Of a stretch of DNA of 64,000 bases, positions 38,531 to 47,125 are shown in pieces. Source of the DNA: a virus; IMG/VR virus record IMGVR_UViG_3300045988_117831; one strand, given 5' to 3'. Below the pieces are notes generated by a model. The model was not told the DNA's origin and did not search any database. It worked only from the letters and a program-made list of their open reading frames with translations. Position 1 is the stretch's first letter. The number at the start of each line of letters is the position of its first letter. Made by a program: the position numbers and the translations under genes.

Positions 38531-38968
38531 ATGAAAAAGTTCTGTGTCGACATCACTAATGGTCTGGCCGGCTTCATCATCTGGGGCGGCGCAATCGTCC
38601 TGGCTGCTACCGTCTTCGTCATCGGCCCGCTGGCCCTCCTGCTGACCGGCGCCTGGGTTGTGTGTACGTCCGTAGTGTTCGCCCTCTGGTTCGCCGTCGC
38701 CGGCATCTACGAAGAGTCGCAAAAGCAGACCGAGTATCTTAAATCCCTGGTGTCGCTCCAGGCGTGTGAACGCGGCATCGGCTACGGCCCAGGAGACGCC
38801 GGTTGCAGCGCTAGCGCTCCGGCCGTTCCCGTAGAGCCCAAGCTCAGCCATCCCAAACTGAAGCCGGGCGCACAGCTCGCGGCCGCTGTCTTGTTCTTTG
38901 CCGCCCTCATCCTCTTGCTGGTAGCAGGTGATTGGATCTGGAATTTCTTCCAGTCGATGCCGAAATAG
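38531..38968 (+). CDS. membrane protein, 3-4 TM (145 aa)
   Basis: GAAGGAA SD; hydrophobic segments at the N-terminus, centre and C-terminus. Confidence 0.55.
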   Translation: MKKFCVDITNGLAGFIIWGGAIVLAATVFVIGPLALLLTGAWVVCTSVVFALWFAVAGIYEESQKQTEYLKSLVSLQACERGIGYGPGDAGCSASAPAVPVEPKLSHPKLKPGAQLAAAVLFFAALILLLVAGDWIWNFFQSMPK

Positions 38969-38981
38969 TGGAAGAAAGTGC

Positions 38982-39010
38982 TTTACTTCCATTCTGAATG
39001 AAGGCAGAAT
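38982..39010 (+). promoter_or_regulatory. TTTACT-17-CAGAAT promoter of the conserved family, plus conserved leader
   Basis: GTGCTTTACTTCCATTCTGAATG is identical over 23 nt to the copy at 43098. Confidence 0.5.
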
Positions 39011-39054
39011 AGCTCCATTGAAATGCGAAACCCTTCAGACAAAAGGAACCGACC

Positions 39055-39834
39055 ATGGCCGACCAGAACGAATTCACCCCTGAAGCCATCGAGAAGGCGA
39101 AAGACCGCATCCGCAAACTGACCGCCATGGCAGCCGACTCTTCCAGTCCGCACGAAGCGGCCATCGCAGCCGAGCGTGTGAAGAAGTTGAAGGACAAATA
39201 TGACCTTCACGACTTCGAAGCTACCGGCGAGATTCGCGAAGAGTTCGATGAGCAAATTGCCACTCGTTACTATTCCGCAATCCCGAACTGGATGAAGTTT
39301 TTCTCAGTGGCCGTGGCGACGTACAATGACTGCATCATGGATTTCGCCGGTGGCATCAACAACCACAGAGCATCGGCTAAGGCATCCAGGAGCGCCCGCG
39401 ACGGAAGCACTACCAAGCGCTGGGGTCATGCCGTACGCTTCAAAGGCTACAAGTCGGACGTTGAGCTGGCGGTGAACATGTTCAACTCCCTGGTCGAGGC
39501 CATTGATCGTCTGTGTCGGGAGTATCAGAAGGCGCAAGGGTACGAACGTTTCAACGTAAAGGTTGCCGCGCAATTCAAACTGGCCGCGACCCAGGAAATC
39601 AGCTATCGCCTTCAGTCCATAACCAGGAAGCGTATGGAGCTGGTATCTTCTGCCGGAACGTCTCTGGTTGTGGTGAAGGAAGCTGCGGTTCACGAACATT
39701 TCGGCGATCCTGGCTACAAGAAGTCCAATGTTACGAAGCTCATGCGTCTGGACGATAGCGACGGTCGGCGCGCCTTCAATGCAGGGGCCAATGCCGGGCG
39801 CAATATGGAAATCGTTCGGTCGGTGGAGGATTGA
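39055..39834 (+). CDS. DUF2786-like N-terminal domain protein (259 aa)
   Basis: ..AIEKAKDRIRKLTAMAADSSSPHEAAIAAERVKKL.. matches the DUF2786 helix pattern. Confidence 0.6.
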   Translation: MADQNEFTPEAIEKAKDRIRKLTAMAADSSSPHEAAIAAERVKKLKDKYDLHDFEATGEIREEFDEQIATRYYSAIPNWMKFFSVAVATYNDCIMDFAGGINNHRASAKASRSARDGSTTKRWGHAVRFKGYKSDVELAVNMFNSLVEAIDRLCREYQKAQGYERFNVKVAAQFKLAATQEISYRLQSITRKRMELVSSAGTSLVVVKEAAVHEHFGDPGYKKSNVTKLMRLDDSDGRRAFNAGANAGRNMEIVRSVED

Positions 39835-40235
39835 TTATGAACTTCCCTAGCGACAAAGTGATGCTGCGAATCGTCCAATCCATCCTCGCGATCCTCATCG
39901 GGATCGCTTGGGCCTGCGCCGACTATGGAGTCGTGGCTGCTGAACTTCCTCCATCTCTGCAAGCCCATCCCGCGAGGCCAGGGCACAGCGAAGTCTCTGC
40001 CCGCGACCCTAGGTCGGTCGAGGCCGAAAAAGCGCGGGAAGAGGCCTTAGAATATGTCCTGTCGCTACGCCCGGAAGTTATCGAGGCGAAAGCCCGCTTC
40101 GCAGCTGAGGCGGCGCAGCACGGAATGTCAACCGAGAAATACGCTGAGATGCAGCGCCTGTCAAAGCTGATGTCCGGCATACTTGTGCCGTTTGCGTTCC
40201 TTGCGTTCATCTTCATCATGCTGCTCAGACTGTAA
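39831..40235 (+). CDS. membrane protein with N- and C-terminal TM segments (134 aa)
   Basis: ATGA overlap with the previous stop; C-terminal ILVPFAFLAFIFIMLL. Confidence 0.5.
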   Translation: MIMNFPSDKVMLRIVQSILAILIGIAWACADYGVVAAELPPSLQAHPARPGHSEVSARDPRSVEAEKAREEALEYVLSLRPEVIEAKARFAAEAAQHGMSTEKYAEMQRLSKLMSGILVPFAFLAFIFIMLLRL

Positions 40236-40278
40236 TAGGCCTGAGCAGCGAACAACCGCCAACCAAAAGAGAATCATC

Positions 40279-40662
40279 ATGAAGAAAGAACCGATTCGAC
40301 TCAGCTCCATGGCCTCGGCCCGTGCCATCGATGCGGAATTCGCATTCCGGATGGACGAGTTCATGGCGCGCGTCGCTAAAGAGCACGAAGCGCTCGCCGC
40401 CCGCGTCGCTAAAGAGCACGAAGCGCTCGCCGCCCGACTGAATGCCGAGCATCTGGTGCTTTGGGACGAAATCCGCGCTGTCGCCGGCCTGAGCGCCACC
40501 GACTTCCCGAACATCTCCATGGCGCACGACACTGCCGATGGGAAGCTCTATGTCATGGATGCCGACGAGCTGGAGCGCGTCCGCCAGGCATGTCCCTGCC
40601 CGGACTGCGAAGCCGCACGCGCCGAAAGCATGCCGTCGCAAGCCAGTGGAGGTATTCACTGA
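40279..40662 (+). CDS. hypothetical protein containing a tandem 11-aa duplication and C-terminal Cys pair (127 aa)
   Basis: AAAGAGA SD; ARVAKEHEALAARVAKEHEALAARL; ..CPCPDC... Confidence 0.5.
   Translation: MKKEPIRLSSMASARAIDAEFAFRMDEFMARVAKEHEALAARVAKEHEALAARLNAEHLVLWDEIRAVAGLSATDFPNISMAHDTADGKLYVMDADELERVRQACPCPDCEAARAESMPSQASGGIH
40369..40434 (+). repeat. perfect 33-bp tandem direct repeat x2 inside the CDS
   Basis: CGCGTCGCTAAAGAGCACGAAGCGCTCGCCGCC twice, in frame. Confidence 0.9.
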
Positions 40663-40877
40663 TGCCGATCAAGCTATCTTCCGTGCATGTACGGATCGCC
40701 GGGCCTGATGGCAGGGTCTTGGCCGAAGGCCGCGCCGAGTTCTCCGGAACTGCATTCTGGCTGGCCGCGCAACGCGAAATGAAGCTAAAGCACCTCGTCG
40801 GAACTTCCTTCGAAGGCGCCCTGACCTACCTGGCCGACAACGGCTACAACGTTACATTCAGCAAAGGTGAAAAGTAA
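40662..40877 (+). CDS. hypothetical protein (71 aa)
   Basis: GGAGGT SD; coupled to the previous gene. Confidence 0.5.
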   Translation: MPIKLSSVHVRIAGPDGRVLAEGRAEFSGTAFWLAAQREMKLKHLVGTSFEGALTYLADNGYNVTFSKGEK

Positions 40878-41260
40878 TGATCGAAAGACATGTAGTGGAT
40901 GCGGAAGTCGTCGAGCGGATTCGTTCTCTTCGCATTCGGTTCAACGTCCTGGACGAAACCCTGCAACGGGCCGTTGACATGGCCATGCTCAGCCACCAGA
41001 AAGCTCTGCAAGACCTGCGGACCTATGAGGCCCAGCTCTGGGACGCGCTCAACGCTCGTTACGGTCTGTCCGTCGAAAAGACCTATGACCTGCGGTTCGA
41101 AGGCGAAGAAGCCGTGCTGGTCGAGGTTCCGCCAGGCGATGGCCAAGGTGATGATTTCATCGTCGAGTCGGAAGCCGAAGCGCTCGCGGCCGGCCAGGAA
41201 GCCCTGGGAGTCGGCGAGGCCGTTGCGTCGACACTCAGCGCCAGGAACCGCACCGAGTAA
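40877..41260 (+). CDS. hypothetical acidic protein (127 aa)
   Basis: ATGA overlap with the previous gene; last gene of the + block. Confidence 0.5.
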   Translation: MIERHVVDAEVVERIRSLRIRFNVLDETLQRAVDMAMLSHQKALQDLRTYEAQLWDALNARYGLSVEKTYDLRFEGEEAVLVEVPPGDGQGDDFIVESEAEALAAGQEALGVGEAVASTLSARNRTE

Positions 41261-41263
41261 GAC

Positions 41264-41296
41264 CCGAAGCCCGGAGCGATCCGGGCTTTTCTATGT
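41264..41296 (+). terminator. intrinsic terminator closing the + block, convergent with terL
   Basis: GAAGCCCGGA-gcga-TCCGGGCTT followed by TTCTATGTTT. Confidence 0.6.
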
Positions 41297-42679
41297 TTAG
41301 AAGTCGAAGAAGCCTTTGGGCTTCCGGATCGGCAGAATGGCCGACATAATCACCGAGTCAGCGATGTTCGGTGACTTGATTTTGCGTTTCTCGCGCATAT
41401 CCTTCTTGGACTCGACTTTGAACCGGCCGTTCATGTCCAGGTCTTTGCGCGGTGACGAAAGTTCGATACACAGTTGATTTAGTTTGTCCGGGTGAATCGT
41501 TTCAGAGTTGATCGAAATCAATTCGTCAAATGGATAAACCTTTCCATGCTCAACCGCTTCATAAGTCTTCCGGAATCGGGTCGCGACTTCTTCCCACTTC
41601 TGCGCCTTGATGTTGCTGAAGTGGTCTTTGTTCTTGATAATCGTGTGCGGCAGCTTCATGTAGACGTCATCAGGCTTATCGACAGCGCCGCCCGCGTTGA
41701 ATGGGTCATAGATCAGTTTGAAGTCTGGGCTGGCATCGTTCAACTCGGCGAACTTCGAACCGACATGAGCGCCGACGCCGATGGAGTCATAAGTGACCGA
41801 TGCGCCTTTCATCTTCGCCAGGTTGTAAACGCGGCTGGACGACTTGAGCAGTTCATCCTCCAGGCCGTCCCATTCGTCAACTTCCATGATGACGTTGCCG
41901 TGCATGAGCGTAGTGGCGTTCGCATCCTCGCCGTCGTCCGCAACGTCGAAGCCGATGCGCTTCGATCCGGCCGGCTCCCAGCCGAGTTTCTTGTGGGCGT
42001 CGATGGCCGCGAGAATGAACTTGAGGTTGATGACGGATTTGTCGCCTCCAGTCTTCGGAATCCCGCCATAAATGTGCTCGGCCTGCTCCCGGTCGCGTTC
42101 ATAGGCTTCGTGAATCACTTTGAGCATCGTCTCACTGAGGAACGGATTTTCGTTCCAGTTGATCATCTTGACGCAGGAGTCTTTCGGGGGCTTGACCACG
42201 AAGTTCTGATACACGAAATCGGTGACTTCGTTAGGGTTGAAGATGATCCAGATTTCTGAGTTCTCTTTCCGGATGGTCGGCTCGATGACTTCCCACTGCT
42301 CCTGGGTCAGGTAGTGAGCTTCCTCAAGCCAGAGAATGTCGATGCCTTCGGTAGACTTGATTTCCGACAGGTTACGGGCGATCCCATAGAATAGGAATTC
42401 TGATCCGGTCATCTTGTGCTTGATCGAGTTCTTCGTGAAAATGAACTCGCCGTTGTACTCAGAATTCTCAATCTTGTCCTTGATCAACGTGTAGACCGAT
42501 TCGCTGATGCGGTTCTGAAACTGGCGAGCACAGAGGAACTTGAGTCTATAGTTGGCCGCGAGGTAAACGGCGATACCGCCTGCGTCGTGTGACTTCGAAG
42601 ACGCCCGGCCGCCATAAATGACTTTGTAACGGGCGCGAGTTCGCCAGACTGCTCGCAGTGCAGGGTTGAGTTTGTACAT
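41297..42679 (-). CDS. terL: terminase large subunit (Terminase_3 / PBSX-type)
   Basis: Walker A ..YKVIYGGRASSKSHD.., then ..ILWLEEAHYL.. and a C-terminal nuclease region. Start taken at the ATG giving MYKLNPAL..; an alternative GTG lies at 42742. Confidence 0.85.
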   Translation of the reverse strand: MYKLNPALRAVWRTRARYKVIYGGRASSKSHDAGGIAVYLAANYRLKFLCARQFQNRISESVYTLIKDKIENSEYNGEFIFTKNSIKHKMTGSEFLFYGIARNLSEIKSTEGIDILWLEEAHYLTQEQWEVIEPTIRKENSEIWIIFNPNEVTDFVYQNFVVKPPKDSCVKMINWNENPFLSETMLKVIHEAYERDREQAEHIYGGIPKTGGDKSVINLKFILAAIDAHKKLGWEPAGSKRIGFDVADDGEDANATTLMHGNVIMEVDEWDGLEDELLKSSSRVYNLAKMKGASVTYDSIGVGAHVGSKFAELNDASPDFKLIYDPFNAGGAVDKPDDVYMKLPHTIIKNKDHFSNIKAQKWEEVATRFRKTYEAVEHGKVYPFDELISINSETIHPDKLNQLCIELSSPRKDLDMNGRFKVESKKDMREKRKIKSPNIADSVIMSAILPIRKPKGFFDF

Positions 42680-42781
42680 TCTAATCAATCCGGTGTCAGC
42701 AATAGGTCGAGTATATCGACGCCGCAACAGACGGTCGAGCACAACCGTTCGTCGGTGAACATAATTTTATTGTTAATACAC

Positions 42782-42810
42782 TTTACTTCCATTCTGACCA
42801 ACGGCATAAT
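42782..42810 (+). promoter_or_regulatory. TTTACT-17-CATAAT promoter plus conserved leader
   Basis: Conserved family member, upstream of the ATG at 42850. Confidence 0.55.
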
Positions 42811-42849
42811 CTCTTCATCGAAACGAACAAACACCTGGAGGGTAAGACG

Positions 42850-43008
42850 ATGAACGCAAACCAGCAAATAGAAGCATTCTTCCTGGCTCGCAAAGCGGAA
42901 GGGTGCGGCAATAGCAGAGCCTTGGATGCGACCGTCGAGCACTTCGCACAATACAACCCTATGTACGTGCGGACTCACATTCGCCACTGCGCGCTTTGGG
43001 ATACCTAA
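42850..43008 (+). CDS. small hypothetical protein (52 aa)
   Basis: Below the ORF-track size cutoff, but has the promoter, a GGAGGG SD and an open frame. Confidence 0.45.
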   Translation: MNANQQIEAFFLARKAEGCGNSRALDATVEHFAQYNPMYVRTHIRHCALWDT

Positions 43009-43100
43009 TCAACATTCGGATGCGGAAATGCCTTCCATGGGAGGAAATATTCCTGACGGGCATACCGTTCGTCCACTTTGAGAAATATTTCACAATTCTG

Positions 43101-43129
43101 CTTTACTTCCATTCTGAATAGCGTCATAA
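43101..43129 (+). promoter_or_regulatory. TTTACT-17-CATAAT promoter plus conserved leader
   Basis: Closest to the family consensus; leader ..CTCTTCATCGAACGCGAAACACTCCAAAACAGAGGAA.. Confidence 0.55.
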
Positions 43130-43174
43130 TCTCTTCATCGAACGCGAAACACTCCAAAACAGAGGAACGCAGAA

Positions 43175-43321
43175 ATGACCAAATCCCAGATCAACGATCA
43201 AATCCGCTCCGCCAAGATCGCCATCAGCGAGGCAGAAATGGAAGGCCTGCGCGGCCAGGCTATGATCGCCCTGAAAGCTAAGCTGACCACCCTCAAAGCT
43301 CAGTACAAACTCGCCAAATAA
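43175..43321 (+). CDS. small hypothetical protein (48 aa)
   Basis: Promoter, AGAGGA SD and an open frame. Confidence 0.45.
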   Translation: MTKSQINDQIRSAKIAISEAEMEGLRGQAMIALKAKLTTLKAQYKLAK

Positions 43322-43333
43322 GGGGCCAGAAAA

Positions 43334-43636
43334 ATGACTAAGCAGATCAATATCGGCGTCAGCAACTTCGACGAAGCTTTCATCCAGCACATCATCAGCG
43401 GCGGTTTCCTCTTCGATGTCGACGAATATGAAGTCGCAGACCGCATCCTGCTGAATGTGGATGGCGAACCGGCTATCCAGTTCGAACTGAATGCCGAACT
43501 GTGGAACGAAGAGACTCTGGGCATTCCGATGGACATCGACAGTGACGAGTTCGCCGATGAGCTTCAAGATTGGGTCGAGTCTAAGGTAAATTTCGCCTTC
43601 GAAGAGTGGCTGAGCGCGGACGAAGGCGAAGAGTGA
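43334..43636 (+). CDS. acidic hypothetical protein (100 aa)
   Basis: AAGGGG SD. Confidence 0.5.
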   Translation: MTKQINIGVSNFDEAFIQHIISGGFLFDVDEYEVADRILLNVDGEPAIQFELNAELWNEETLGIPMDIDSDEFADELQDWVESKVNFAFEEWLSADEGEE

Positions 43637-43688
43637 TTACGATGCGGCTGGGATGGTCCCGGCCGCGACTTCTTATGAGGATTGTGTT

Positions 43689-44375
43689 ATGTCTAGCATA
43701 GTGTACTTCCAGTACATCACCGGCGCCATTCAGGTTCCTCTGGAAGTCGAAGTGGAGGCCGGCCAGCTGCAAATGGTCAATGTAGAAGTCGATCCTGATG
43801 GCTTCCGCAAATTCTGGCCTATTGCCGATAGTCTCCTCTGGGATCCAGAGGAGTGCAAGTTTCTGCCTCGCTACAAATCCAGATACATGACCGATGCCGC
43901 AGCGTATGCCGACCAGGCAGTGCTCGCCTTCGCAGCCGGCCAGTACTACCTGCGGATGGAGTCGAAGGAAGAGCGTAAAGACCCGGATGACGATCTGCAT
44001 GCGATTGAGCTTTCAGAAATGCGAGAGACGTGCAGAAAGGCGAAAGTCGAAAAGCATCAGCTGGTGCGCGAAAATACTCGCCTTGACGAATGCCTTCAGA
44101 ACTCCATCGCCCGCGAAAACCAGGTTGGCGAGACAAATCGCCAGCTCCAGCTCAGAATCCAGGATTTGGAGGCAGAGCTAGCATCGCAGAAGGCGCTCCG
44201 GGAAGAGCTGGACAAGAGCCTGGAAGGCAGCATCAAGAACGCCAATGCCCAGCACAAGACGGCGTGCGACGCCATGGAGCAGCTTACAAAAGCCAGGAAA
44301 GAAGCCGATTTCTATCGCCTCGGTATGCAGAAAGTAGCGGCTATCGCAAACGCTAAACCTTCTGAGGATAACTGA
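43689..44375 (+). CDS. hypothetical protein with C-terminal coiled coil (228 aa)
   Basis: GAGGAT SD before the ATG at 43689. Confidence 0.5.
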   Translation: MSSIVYFQYITGAIQVPLEVEVEAGQLQMVNVEVDPDGFRKFWPIADSLLWDPEECKFLPRYKSRYMTDAAAYADQAVLAFAAGQYYLRMESKEERKDPDDDLHAIELSEMRETCRKAKVEKHQLVRENTRLDECLQNSIARENQVGETNRQLQLRIQDLEAELASQKALREELDKSLEGSIKNANAQHKTACDAMEQLTKARKEADFYRLGMQKVAAIANAKPSEDN

Positions 44376-44377
44376 AC

Positions 44378-44566
44378 GTGCAGAAATACGCCATGTCCCA
44401 TATCCCTCGCCCAGGAACGCTCCAGTTCGAGTTCGAATGTCTCGCTGCGGCCCACTTCGGCATCAATGATGGCGCCTTATCTATGTCGTCCGATGGCGAG
44501 CGTTACTGCAACGAACACATCGACTGGCTCTGGCGGCAATTCCTGTCTTCAAAAGGTTTCAGATAA
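44378..44566 (+). CDS. small hypothetical protein (62 aa, GTG start)
   Basis: GAGGATAA SD 9 nt upstream. Confidence 0.4.
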   Translation: MQKYAMSHIPRPGTLQFEFECLAAAHFGINDGALSMSSDGERYCNEHIDWLWRQFLSSKGFR

Positions 44567-44580
44567 TCTGAAGAAAATGC

Positions 44581-44609
44581 TTTACTCGATGAGGTGGCTG
44601 AGGTATAGT
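44581..44609 (+). promoter_or_regulatory. TTTACT-17-TATAGT promoter plus conserved leader; -10 embedded in an 8-bp inverted repeat (GATGAGGT..ACCTCATC)
   Basis: Family member with a possible operator. Confidence 0.5.
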
Positions 44610-44651
44610 TACCTCATCGAACGCGAAACACTCCAAAAAGAGGATTGCGAC

Positions 44652-44903
44652 ATGACTAGCTCCAAATGGAACATCGGCAGAAACGACACCATCGCAGTCG
44701 AGGCCGTAAACAGCCGCGAAGATTTCCGCTGGAACGGCAAGGTTCGCGTCATCCACTACAGCGCCGGTCAAATCGTCAACATCATCGAGTTCTATCACCA
44801 CGATCTGGACTGGGCGATCAAGAATTTCGGCATCAAGCTGAAGGCTATCTCCAAAGGCCTGGAAATACTCCACACCTGCTACTTCGGGAAGTATGTCAAG
44901 TGA
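44652..44903 (+). CDS. hypothetical protein (83 aa)
   Basis: AGAGGA SD. Confidence 0.5.
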   Translation: MTSSKWNIGRNDTIAVEAVNSREDFRWNGKVRVIHYSAGQIVNIIEFYHHDLDWAIKNFGIKLKAISKGLEILHTCYFGKYVK

Positions 44904-45100
44904 TCGTCCAATTCGATTCCCAAGAAGAGAAAATCATCAGCCTGAGAACGCTGTCCAAGTATCGTCGCGCCGGTGGCAAGTTCGCGCCGGTGGACGGAAC
45001 TCAGACCGGTCCCTGGGGTCCAGTAGACAACGCGCTCTGGGCGAAGTTCGAAGCCGAAGTCAGGGCAGAATACATCCGCAAACAGGAGCGTAAAGCATGA
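44900..45100 (+). CDS. hypothetical protein (66 aa, GTG start coupled via GTGA)
   Basis: Open frame with translational-coupling geometry. Confidence 0.4.
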   Translation: MIVQFDSQEEKIISLRTLSKYRRAGGKFAPVDGTQTGPWGPVDNALWAKFEAEVRAEYIRKQERKA

Positions 45101-45312
45101 TCAAGCAAGACCTGTACAAGCAGATCGCCTTCGCGGCGATTGGCTCCGGCATCAAGATGTTCGTCAAGCTGTACTGCAACGATACCACCCTGGAAGTCAT
45201 CGGCGTCGAGGAAGCCCACATTGATGGGACGATTCGTCTGCGTTACACTGGCTACGCAGATGGAGTTGGCTTTAACTTCTTCGCCGACGAAATTGACGTG
45301 GTGATGGTATGA
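45097..45312 (+). CDS. hypothetical protein (71 aa)
   Basis: ATGA overlap. Confidence 0.5.
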   Translation: MIKQDLYKQIAFAAIGSGIKMFVKLYCNDTTLEVIGVEEAHIDGTIRLRYTGYADGVGFNFFADEIDVVMV

Positions 45313-45518
45313 GCAGGAAGCCGGCACCAAGCGGCTGGGCGCAACCCGGCAATGCTCGCAAAGTCCACTTCTTCACGTCGGACGGCCGCAGTCTGTGCAA
45401 GCGCTGGCTGTATCTCGGCAAGACTTACAGCGAGCTGCCCGACCTGGAAATCACCTGCGCGATCTGCGAGAAGAAGCGCCAGAGTCCTTTCGAGAAATAC
45501 TGCGACACCATTCTCTAA
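45309..45518 (+). CDS. hypothetical Cys-containing protein (69 aa)
   Basis: ATGA overlap; ..CAICEKK.. Confidence 0.45.
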   Translation: MSRKPAPSGWAQPGNARKVHFFTSDGRSLCKRWLYLGKTYSELPDLEITCAICEKKRQSPFEKYCDTIL

Positions 45519-45549
45519 CTTTCAAATCTTCCAAAACCGAGGAACAGTT

Positions 45550-46194
45550 ATGAAACTCTACCATGCAAAAGTCAGCCCTCCATCCTTCTATCGCCACAAC
45601 CAGACCGACGAAGAGCGGAAAGCCTTGGAAGCGGAATATGTCAGCAAGCTCCATGTTCTACTGGGGAACCTGGAAGGCGTAACAATCGGGAATCCTGGTG
45701 AGCGGAACTGGGAGCCGTCCACCTGGAGCAACGACGTTCCCGTGGTGTGTAATGAAATCGGCCTGGGTCGTCTGACCGCTTCAGCCTGGGATCTGGACAA
45801 GGACTATCCGTATACCATCATCAGCCTGGTCCTTCTCTGGGACGACATTGACCCGGAAGCTGCTCTGCGACCCATGCTGGAGCGTCTGGAGCTGGCCGCG
45901 AGCCGGTTGGCCGGTATGTCCGTAAGCTACATCAACCAACCGGAGATGGTGAGTGGAATCGAGGGTTGGAACTCACTCACAGGATCGGCCATACCTGGTC
46001 CGAATCTCCAGAACGTCAACCGTCTGCTGCTCAAGGAAGACTGCTGCACGGACGAACTCCAGTCTGCCCTGGACGCAGGATGGCGCCTTCTCGCCGTGTG
46101 TCCTCAGGAAGCGCGCCGGCCCGACTACATCCTGGGTCGGTTCGATCCCGTCCCGCCGACCGGACCGCGTGGCGCGGCCAGGAGCATCGATTAA
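45550..46194 (+). CDS. hypothetical protein (214 aa)
   Basis: GAGGAA SD before the ATG at 45550. Confidence 0.5.
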   Translation: MKLYHAKVSPPSFYRHNQTDEERKALEAEYVSKLHVLLGNLEGVTIGNPGERNWEPSTWSNDVPVVCNEIGLGRLTASAWDLDKDYPYTIISLVLLWDDIDPEAALRPMLERLELAASRLAGMSVSYINQPEMVSGIEGWNSLTGSAIPGPNLQNVNRLLLKEDCCTDELQSALDAGWRLLAVCPQEARRPDYILGRFDPVPPTGPRGAARSID

Positions 46195-46521
46195 ATGACC
46201 ATGGTAGGCCCGGCTGGCAAGCGCTATTGGCTCCGATATGAAACCAGATACTGGGAGTGTCTTGACGGACAAACCCTGCGGCTGGTCTTCGTCATCAACG
46301 GTCGCCGGTATGAGGTCAATCGACGAGTGAATGTCGACATCCTGTCCAGTCGGCGCAGGTTCGAATCTTTCGGCCGAGTCCTGGCAAGGATGGAAATCAG
46401 CCTGTGGTTCGCAGTGTGCGAGCAAGAAGGGCCATGGCGCGGTAGCGTAGCCATAAGCGATACCGCACTTTGGTTCCACCTGACGGGAGAATTGGTACAC
46501 AAATGCTTTACTCGGCGGTGA
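46195..46521 (+). CDS. hypothetical Arg/Trp-rich protein (108 aa)
   Basis: Abuts the previous stop. Confidence 0.4.
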   Translation: MTMVGPAGKRYWLRYETRYWECLDGQTLRLVFVINGRRYEVNRRVNVDILSSRRRFESFGRVLARMEISLWFAVCEQEGPWRGSVAISDTALWFHLTGELVHKCFTRR

Positions 46522-46536
46522 GAATCAGGGCATAAT
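46507..46536 (+). promoter_or_regulatory. TTTACT-18-CATAAT promoter plus leader with a CCGGCT..AGCCGG hairpin
   Basis: Family member; overlaps the 3' end of the previous ORF. Confidence 0.5.
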
Positions 46537-46586
46537 CTCTTCACCGGCTGAGAAGCCGGACCAGAAGTCCAAAAAGGAATCTCGAA

Positions 46587-46721
46587 ATGTACAGAACTCC
46601 CTCGTCCAAGTTCACTTTCATCTGCAACGGCCTCGCCCAGAATACTGAAGTGACGGTCCTGCTCCGGACGCAGAAACCGGAAGACGTATGGTGGTGGACG
46701 AAGCTCCAGCTGCGAACCTGA
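46587..46721 (+). CDS. small hypothetical protein (44 aa)
   Basis: AAAGGAA SD. Confidence 0.4.
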   Translation: MYRTPSSKFTFICNGLAQNTEVTVLLRTQKPEDVWWWTKLQLRT

Positions 46722-46730
46722 TTCGCATCC

Positions 46731-47117
46731 ATGAACGCAGCAATCCGCGCCGTCGCCGTACCATTAGCATCCTCGACGTGGACGCAGTGTCCATCCTTCA
46801 CAAACGTTAATCCATCGGCGCGGCTGGGATCGTCCTGGCCGCGCCTTCTCATAGGGTGTATGATGGCCAAAATATTGATGGCCTGTGAGTTGCTCGTCGG
46901 CGACGAAATACTCACTCATGTTGACGTCAACGATCCCGTTCGGCGTCGGGCCATAGTCCTGCGATCTGGAGCTGCGCCGCACAGCAAAGTAAGCATCGAA
47001 GTCTCGGCACTCATCGGCGCTGACTGGGTGGACTTCAAGCTCAAGTTGGCCAGGGACTATCCTACCATCTGCTTACATGACATCGACCCGATCCGCCCTC
47101 GCGGCGCTGCCCAATAG
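46731..47117 (+). CDS. hypothetical protein (128 aa); strand assignment uncertain
   Basis: An antisense ORF 46541-46915 of similar length exists; neither has strong signals. Confidence 0.3.
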   Translation: MNAAIRAVAVPLASSTWTQCPSFTNVNPSARLGSSWPRLLIGCMMAKILMACELLVGDEILTHVDVNDPVRRRAIVLRSGAAPHSKVSIEVSALIGADWVDFKLKLARDYPTICLHDIDPIRPRGAAQ

Positions 47118-47125
47118 GAGAACAC

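Noticed and set aside
42685-42987. 100-aa - strand ORF upstream of terL considered as a small terminase.
   Set aside because: It overlaps the divergent promoter plus leader and the + strand 52-aa gene. The translation is Cys/Val-rich nonsense and there is no SD.
46541-46915. 124-aa - strand ORF as an alternative to the + strand 46731-47117 gene.
   Set aside because: Neither strand has convincing signals. The + orientation was kept with low confidence because it fits the surrounding + strand early operon and promoter at 46507-46536.
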